The notes below the pieces were generated by a model. That model did no database searches. It was not told the origin of the DNA and saw only the letters and a program-made list of their open reading frames with translations. This document shows positions 58,076-64,000 of a stretch of 64,000 nt of DNA, piece after piece. The stretch covers positions 160,001-224,000 of the forward strand of contig CAXXQS010000001.1 of assembly GCA_963674735.2 (NCBI GenBank), given 5' to 3'. A program made the translations under genes and the position numbers. This DNA comes from Myxococcota bacterium (GTDB taxonomy: Bacteria; Myxococcota_A; SURF-8). Numbering within the stretch: the first letter of the stretch is position 1; every line of letters starts with the position of its first letter.

Positions 58076-59386
58076 ATGCCGTTCCGAGTTGCCTTCTCAA
58101 CGCTTGGTTGTAAGCTAAACCACTATGATACCGCCGCCTTGCGTGGACGGTTGGATGAGTCTGTCTTTGATGTTGTCCGCTTCAAGGACGAGGCGGATGC
58201 TTATGTGGTCAATTCCTGCAGTGTGACCGCCTTGGCCGATCGGCAATCGCGTCAACTGGTTTATCGAGCCCGACGGCTTAATCCGGATGCACTGATCATC
58301 CTGACCGGCTGTTACGCCACGCGTGCCGAAGCCGAGCTTCGAGAACTCACCGAGATCGATCATGTTATTCCTGGACGTCGCTTGGAGGATGTCCTCCCGC
58401 TTCTTCATGCCGAAGCTCTCCGAAAGGGGTTTGCTCCCCAGGAAACCAGTCACGGGCCGCAGTTCGGTTCTCAAAGCCGTCCCTATCTGAAAGTGCAGGA
58501 TGGTTGTAACGCGGTGTGCACCTACTGCGTCATTCCCAAGACCCGTGGGCCTTTGCATAGTCGTCCGCTCGACGAGATTCTGGCTGAATTGGACCTTTAC
58601 GGTCGGCGCGGGGTCAAGGAGGTGATTCTGACCGGTATCCATGTCGGAATGTGGGGGCGGGATCTGCCCGGTCGTCCTACGTTCGATCGGTTGCTGGCGG
58701 AATTGGATGCCAAAACCGCCGTGCCGCGTATTCGTCTGAGTTCGCTCGAACCTTTGGAGCTAAGCGATGCCGTGATCGAGGTGGTGGCGGGTTCCGAAGC
58801 GATCTGTCCGCACTTGCACATTCCTTTGCAGAGCGGAAGTGATGGGGTGCTCGCCCGCATGCGTCGGCCTTACGATACCGCCCGTTATCGTGAACGTATC
58901 GAAGCGGCCTGTGCTGCCTTGCCGCGTTTGGGTCTCGGGATCGATGTCATTGTCGGTTTTCCCGGAGAAACGGAAGCCGAATTCGCCGAGACTGTCTCGT
59001 TTCTTGAAAGTTTACCGTTTCTGTATCTGCATGTGTTTCCCTATTCGGAACGGCCGGATACCCCGGCTGCGGCCATGCCCGACCAAGTTCCGGTGCATGT
59101 TCGCCGAGAGCGGGCGCGTCGCTTGATTGAATTGGCCGAGACACGTCGTCGTCAATCGGCGGAACAACAGATTGGGGTTTCCATGCCGGTGCTGGTGGAA
59201 TGCGATCGGCATACGAAAAGTGGTTTTCAACAGGGATTTGCCGACACCTATCATCACGTGTTGATCCGCTCCGAAACGGATCTGGCCGACAAAATCGTTT
59301 TCGTCAAGCCCTGTGCCCTGTATAATGCCAACCATCATTTGGTGGCCGATTGGGATGAACCGGCTACAACCGACGGGGAACGTTAG
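58076..59386 (+). CDS. mtaB: tRNA threonylcarbamoyladenosine methylthiotransferase
   Basis: 'TLGCKLN', 'NSCSVT..AD', 'KVQDGC...CTYC', 'LTGIH.G', 'RIRLSSLEP', 'HVFPYS.R..T.A'. Confidence 0.92.
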   Translation: MPFRVAFSTLGCKLNHYDTAALRGRLDESVFDVVRFKDEADAYVVNSCSVTALADRQSRQLVYRARRLNPDALIILTGCYATRAEAELRELTEIDHVIPGRRLEDVLPLLHAEALRKGFAPQETSHGPQFGSQSRPYLKVQDGCNAVCTYCVIPKTRGPLHSRPLDEILAELDLYGRRGVKEVILTGIHVGMWGRDLPGRPTFDRLLAELDAKTAVPRIRLSSLEPLELSDAVIEVVAGSEAICPHLHIPLQSGSDGVLARMRRPYDTARYRERIEAACAALPRLGLGIDVIVGFPGETEAEFAETVSFLESLPFLYLHVFPYSERPDTPAAAMPDQVPVHVRRERARRLIELAETRRRQSAEQQIGVSMPVLVECDRHTKSGFQQGFADTYHHVLIRSETDLADKIVFVKPCALYNANHHLVADWDEPATTDGER

Positions 59387-59387
59387 T

Positions 59388-60098
59388 ATGCGTGCTGAGG
59401 TGATCGAGCAAAAATTGAAATTGGGCGAGCAGGCGGCTGGCCATGCGTTCAAGCGGCCTGAACTTTTAAGTGAAGCACTGGCCCATCGATCTTATGCCAA
59501 TGAAAAGCGCCATCAACGGTCGGATAACGATCGTTTGGAATTCCTGGGCGATGCCGTATTGGATTTGCTGACGGCGGAACTTATTTTCACCCGGTATGAA
59601 GAGTTCGACTCGGGTGAAATGACCAAAATCCGGGCCAGTTTGGTTAGCGAGAAAGCCTTGGCGACCTTGGCGCGCCAAATCAATCTGGGCGAAGCGCTGT
59701 TTCTCGGTGTTGGAGAACAGAAATCGGGTGGGGCGGAGAAACCCTCGCTTTTAGCCGATGCCTATGAAGCATTGGTGGCGGCCGTGTATCTCGACGGTGG
59801 CTTGGAAGCGGCTTGGCGGATGGTTTTGCGGGATCTCGAACCTCGTTTGGAGGAGGCCGCCCGTCGACCGGGACGACGCGATTACAAGTCGAAATTGCAG
59901 GAATTTTCGGCCAAAAAGCATATGGGATTGCCCCAATACACGGTGCTGAAAAAGACGGGTCCCGACCACGATCAGCGTTTTTTAGTCGAGTGTTGCCTGG
60001 CGGGCTGTGAATCGACGCGCGCGGAAGGTCCGAATGTCAAATCCGCCGAACAAGCGGCCGCCCGTGTCCTGTATGACCAACTGCGTAAAAACGCCTAG
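59388..60098 (+). CDS. rnc: Ribonuclease III
   Basis: 'AL.H.S', 'N.RLEFLGDAVL', 'AD.YEAL..A.YLD', dsRBD. Confidence 0.96.
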   Translation: MRAEVIEQKLKLGEQAAGHAFKRPELLSEALAHRSYANEKRHQRSDNDRLEFLGDAVLDLLTAELIFTRYEEFDSGEMTKIRASLVSEKALATLARQINLGEALFLGVGEQKSGGAEKPSLLADAYEALVAAVYLDGGLEAAWRMVLRDLEPRLEEAARRPGRRDYKSKLQEFSAKKHMGLPQYTVLKKTGPDHDQRFLVECCLAGCESTRAEGPNVKSAEQAAARVLYDQLRKNA

Positions 60099-60106
60099 GA
60101 GTTTCA

Positions 60107-60505
60107 ATGGTTAAGGACGTGATCGTAACGAGCCGCTCCCGTGATGAATTCATTGATGTGACGCATGAGTTGGCCGACGCAGTCCGGGAAGCGGGGATTG
60201 AAGAAGGGGTTGTTACGGCCTTTGTGCGTCATACAACCGCTGCGTTGACCATCAACGAAAACGCTGATCCCGCCGTGCAGCGCGACCTGTTGACCAGCTT
60301 GCGGCGTTTGATCCCCGAGCAGGGAGATTATCGTCACGCGGAAGGAAATTCGGATGCTCATCTCAAAAGCTCCTGTTTCGGTGCGTCGGAGCAGGTGATC
60401 GTCAGCGGGGGACGGTTACTGCTGGGTACTTGGCAGGGAGTGTATTTTTGTGAGTTTGATGGGCCACGCACTCGCCACCTATTGATTCACGTTCAAGGGA
60501 GTTGA
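60107..60505 (+). CDS. yjbQ: YjbQ/UPF0047 family protein
   Basis: 'HTTAAL.INENADP.V', 'H.EGNSDAH', 'LGTWQG.YF.EFDGPR.R'. Confidence 0.92.
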   Translation: MVKDVIVTSRSRDEFIDVTHELADAVREAGIEEGVVTAFVRHTTAALTINENADPAVQRDLLTSLRRLIPEQGDYRHAEGNSDAHLKSSCFGASEQVIVSGGRLLLGTWQGVYFCEFDGPRTRHLLIHVQGS

Positions 60506-61146
60506 TGATGCTGCGTTTGTTTTTAACGCTTCTATGTTTGGTGTTGGGAAGCGCAACGGCTTTCGCCGATGTGCCTTGCGCCGGGAGTACGTGTTCCGCC
60601 AATTACTTGTGCCTCGATCGGGGAAACGGAGAGGGCTGCTATCAGATCTGTCGTTGGGATTTCCAATGTGAATCTCAATGTTGTATCCAGATCTGGTCGC
60701 CGCAAACAGCTTGGATTTGCGGAGCTTCCTCGGAATGCGGCGTTGATCCGGGAACGGACGGCGATACGGATGATGGCAGCCTGACGGATGGAGATGCGTC
60801 CTCGGACGACCGCGATCCGGTCGAGCCTACCCGTTGCGGCGATGTTATGTGCACCTCGTTCGAAGCCTGCATCACGCTGGATGATGATCGTGAGGAATGC
60901 GCTCCGATTTGCAGCGCCGCTACCGATTGCGCCTCCGGCTGTTGTGCGGCCACCGAGAGCGGCCGCCGGGTGTGCATGCCGGCCGATATAGAATGTCCCC
61001 AGGATCAAGAAGGCGGTGATAGCGATTCGATTGCGCTGAATACCGATGATTCGGGAGGCTGCGATCAAACCGGGATCAGCACGATCTTGAGTTGGTTGTT
61101 TTTGGCGCTGGGGGGCGTTTTGCTGGCCCGCCGCCGCCGCGCCTAG
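60505..61146 (+). CDS. Cys-rich secreted protein with MYXO-CTERM-like sorting tail
   Basis: Signal peptide; two Cys-rich modules; C-terminal 'SGGC'-TM-'RRRRA'. Confidence 0.8.
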   Translation: MMLRLFLTLLCLVLGSATAFADVPCAGSTCSANYLCLDRGNGEGCYQICRWDFQCESQCCIQIWSPQTAWICGASSECGVDPGTDGDTDDGSLTDGDASSDDRDPVEPTRCGDVMCTSFEACITLDDDREECAPICSAATDCASGCCAATESGRRVCMPADIECPQDQEGGDSDSIALNTDDSGGCDQTGISTILSWLFLALGGVLLARRRRA

Positions 61147-61159
61147 AAACGGATCGAAC

Positions 61160-61819
61160 GTGGCACGGTCTTCCGACACCCCTTCATCGCGACCTGCACC
61201 GCTTCCCTTTGGGGTGATCCTGCTGGCGCTGTTCGGCGTTGTGTTGGGGGGGCTGGGCGTCTACTCCCATGTTTCCGGGTTTCTGACAGACGAGCAAGAA
61301 TCGGATTCGGCGACGGCTCTGCTTGACGAAATCGAGCGTGATCTTCCGCCAGAATACAGTGACCTTCTGCAAGCCTTTCGCAGTGATCCGCAAAATCTCT
61401 CCCTACTGGATCGGGCTTTGGATGCCGCGCATCGGATTCTTCCTTTCAAAGCGCTGTTCAACGTCGTGTCCTTCGTTTTGTCGGTTTTCAGCCTTGTCAT
61501 CGGGGTGGGGTTGTTCCGGCGGTTGGAGTGGGCACGGCGGGCGGAGTGTCTGTTCCTCATTGTCGCGACAGGCGTCGGGATCGCCTTGGGTTATGCGGCC
61601 ATTCCGGGGGTGTTATATTTTATCGGTGAAATAAGCCAGGAACTTGGATTGGAAGGCGGAACAGGGATCACGGCGAGTAAGTTGTATCTCTATTGGACTC
61701 TCGGGAGTGTCTGTTTCATCGTCATGCATGGTATGATCGTTTTATATCTCACCCGCCCACGTGTTCGTTCCGCTTTTGAGAAACAGGCAGAACACGGTCG
61801 TGATAGCGCGTCTCGTTGA
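61160..61819 (+). CDS. Hypothetical membrane protein (4 TM)
   Basis: Hydrophobic segments; 'GL.R..EWAR', 'YLTRP.VR.AF'. Confidence 0.7.
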   Translation: MARSSDTPSSRPAPLPFGVILLALFGVVLGGLGVYSHVSGFLTDEQESDSATALLDEIERDLPPEYSDLLQAFRSDPQNLSLLDRALDAAHRILPFKALFNVVSFVLSVFSLVIGVGLFRRLEWARRAECLFLIVATGVGIALGYAAIPGVLYFIGEISQELGLEGGTGITASKLYLYWTLGSVCFIVMHGMIVLYLTRPRVRSAFEKQAEHGRDSASR

Positions 61820-61832
61820 AACGACACTCTGT

Positions 61833-63098
61833 TTATCGCTCGGATTTGACCCGCCTGACTTCCGCTCCCAGATTCTGAAGATGTTGTTCCAGGTTCTCGT
61901 AACCGCGATCGAGGTGATAAACCCGGGAAATGGACGTTTCGCCTTCTGCAACCAGACCCGCCAGCACCAAACAGGCCGAAGCGCGTAAATCGGTGGCCAT
62001 GACATCCGCACCTTGTAACGATTTAACCCCGCGCACAACGGCGGTGTTGCCTTCGAGCTGGATGTCCGCCCCCATGCGTTGCAACTCGCCGACGTGCATG
62101 AAGCGGTTTTCGAAGATGGTTTCCTTGACGACGCTCTGGCCCTTGGCAAGGGTCATCAGCGCCATCAATTGCGCTTGCATGTCGGTTGGAAAGCCGGGGT
62201 AGGGGCCGGTTGTGATGCTCGTCGGTTCGGGACGTCCCTGGCAACGGATGCGCAGGCCCCCCTCGACTTCGTCGATGATCACGCCCATTTCTGCGAGTTT
62301 GTTGGTAAGGCTGCGCAAAGGTGCGAGTTCCACTCCTTCGAGCACCACGTCGCCGCCGGTGATGGCGGCCGCTACCATGTAAGTCCCCGCTACGATGCGG
62401 TCGGGCATGACCGAATATTCCACGCCGGACAGGTGTTCTACGCCTTCGACGATTAACTCGGAGTTTCCGATCCCGCTGATGTTCGCACCCATGGCGTTGA
62501 GGCAGTTGGCCAGGTCGGTCACCTCGGGTTCGCAAGCGCAATTTTGCAACACCGTGATTCCATCGGCCAATACCGCTGCCATCAGCACGTTTTCCGTGCC
62601 ACCGACGGTGGGAACATCGAAGACGATGCGGGCGCCTTTCAAACGACGCGGCGCGCGGGCCTTGACGTAACCGTGGGCCAGGCGAATATCGGCACCGAGT
62701 GCCTTCATTCCTTTGAGATGCTGGTCCACCGGTCGCGCTCCGATCGCGCAGCCTCCCGGTAGCGATACTTTTGCCTGATTGAAGCGCGCCAGCAACGGTC
62801 CTAAAACCAGCACCGAGGCGCGCATGGTTTTGACCAGATCGTAGGGCGCTTCGAGGTGATTGATCTCTTCCGTGTCGATCAAGACCGCGCCATCCTCTCG
62901 TCGTTCGGCCGTGGCCCCGATCTGACGAAGCAGCCGCAGGCTTGTGTCTACGTCCCAGACGTCGGGGACATTTTTGAAGATACAGGGGGCGCCGGTCAGG
63001 ATCGAGGACAGCAAAATCGGCAGCGCGGCGTTTTTTGCACCTGAAATCGGCACTTTTCCCTTAAGTTTTGTGCCGCCAGTGACGATTAACTTGTCCAT
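61833..63098 (-). CDS. murA: UDP-N-acetylglucosamine 1-carboxyvinyltransferase
   Basis: 'SGAKNAALP', 'MRAS', '[10 protein letters not shown]' (catalytic Cys), 'PGFPTDMQ', 'TDLRA', 'DRGYE'. Confidence 0.97.
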   Translation of the reverse strand: MDKLIVTGGTKLKGKVPISGAKNAALPILLSSILTGAPCIFKNVPDVWDVDTSLRLLRQIGATAERREDGAVLIDTEEINHLEAPYDLVKTMRASVLVLGPLLARFNQAKVSLPGGCAIGARPVDQHLKGMKALGADIRLAHGYVKARAPRRLKGARIVFDVPTVGGTENVLMAAVLADGITVLQNCACEPEVTDLANCLNAMGANISGIGNSELIVEGVEHLSGVEYSVMPDRIVAGTYMVAAAITGGDVVLEGVELAPLRSLTNKLAEMGVIIDEVEGGLRIRCQGRPEPTSITTGPYPGFPTDMQAQLMALMTLAKGQSVVKETIFENRFMHVGELQRMGADIQLEGNTAVVRGVKSLQGADVMATDLRASACLVLAGLVAEGETSISRVYHLDRGYENLEQHLQNLGAEVRRVKSER

Positions 63099-63223
63099 AA
63101 GGGGTTGGTCTCCGTTATCTTTTTCCGTTCGTTTGCACAAATGATTGCAAATTTTCGATAAACCGGATATGACACGTTTCCAGCGAAAACGCAAGCCTAA
63201 CGGAAGAAAGGCCCCCGCTTATC

Positions 63224-63583
63224 ATGTCGTCAAAGAAAATACCGTCCATTAGTGATATCCAGCGCTATCTGCAAAGCCGTGTCTCCCATTGCGGGCTATG
63301 TGGAAGCCAAGATTGGGAACTGGAACCCGATCTACATACCTTACGCTTCGGAAATCCTTGGAAAAGTGGAAAAGGTAAGCAAATACGCTGTGTTTTGTTG
63401 ACCTGCTCATCTTGTGGAAACCTGCATGTCATCCATGTGGACCGCTTGGTGGATCAAGGCAAGCTCAAGATCGAAGCGTTGTCATCGGAAGATGAAGGCA
63501 ACGGCAATCGAAAAGAGGTGCAGATTCGCAAAACGGATAAGGATGGTCCTTCCGTTGGTCAGGCTGTTTCCGTAAACGATTGA
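63224..63583 (+). CDS. Hypothetical Zn-ribbon protein
   Basis: CxxC (CGLC) and CxxC (CSSC) pairs; lower GC than flanks. Confidence 0.6.
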   Translation: MSSKKIPSISDIQRYLQSRVSHCGLCGSQDWELEPDLHTLRFGNPWKSGKGKQIRCVLLTCSSCGNLHVIHVDRLVDQGKLKIEALSSEDEGNGNRKEVQIRKTDKDGPSVGQAVSVND

Positions 63584-63609
63584 GATTCCAGGGTGTCGAT
63601 GTCGATCTA

Positions 63610-64000
63610 TCACGCTTTTCGCTGCGCCGCAGCGATTCGTTCCTTATCTGATAAGTCATTGTAAATATTAATGTTATCATAGTTTCCCGACGCATCGAGC
63701 ATCTTCCGCAGCGTGTTTCCCTGGCCGTGTCCGATTTCCAGAAACAACCATGCACCGGGACGTAAATAGCGGGGGGCCTGGGTAATCAGCGGACGTATGA
63801 CCGAAAGGCCATCCAACCCGCCGTCCAAAGCCAAATGCGGTTCATGGTCTCGTACTTCGGGGGCCAATTCGGCGATTTCCGGGGTTGGAATGTAAGGGGG
63901 ATTCGATACCACCAGATCCAGGCCATCTCTAAGATTATCCAGTGATTCGAACAAGTTGCCATGTACAAGCTGAATTCGGGAGTCCAGCCCGTGAAAGGCG
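63610..64000 (-). CDS. prmC: Release factor glutamine methyltransferase, 5' part outside window
   Basis: 'VSNPPYI', 'HEP.LALDGG.DGL', 'LEIG..QG', 'DL...ER'. Confidence 0.93.
   Translation of the reverse strand, partial: AFHGLDSRIQLVHGNLFESLDNLRDGLDLVVSNPPYIPTPEIAELAPEVRDHEPHLALDGGLDGLSVIRPLITQAPRYLRPGAWLFLEIGHGQGNTLRKMLDASGNYDNINIYNDLSDKERIAAAQRKA

Overview
GC-rich bacterial chromosomal window whose gene content suggests a deltaproteobacterial (Myxococcota/Desulfobacterota-like), probably anaerobic, lineage; the taxonomy is inference. Housekeeping genes include ispA, trmB, ribH-nusB, elbB, rimO, polA, pheS-pheT, mtaB-rnc, murA and a partial prmC. Accessory blocks: (1) a ~3-kb integrase-less insertion bounded by a perfect 22-bp direct repeat; (2) a LysA-like protein that has lost its catalytic motifs; (3) a cheR-cheD-HDOD-cheY-cheX-cheD-cheB cluster with no cheA, cheW or MCP; (4) a sigma54/OrpR-type Orange-protein (ORP) Fe-S cluster; (5) a tightly coupled seven-gene operon joining a ~37-Cys FGE-fold lipoprotein to rhodanese-like, MauE/DoxX, DsbA, TPR-beta-barrel, FecR-like and lipoprotein genes, which is my best candidate for an undescribed system (disulfide maturation plus surface export); (6) many Cys/Asp-rich surface proteins and GT-C-type membrane proteins. 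Manual reading found genes the ORF track misses: a SelW/Rdx-type selenoprotein (CxxU plus SECIS hairpin, 47189-47404, minus strand), a 41-aa TatA-like gene and a possible Pro-rich uORF. No tRNA, rRNA, CRISPR array, integrase or transposase was recognised. All calls come from motif recognition by eye; no searches were run.
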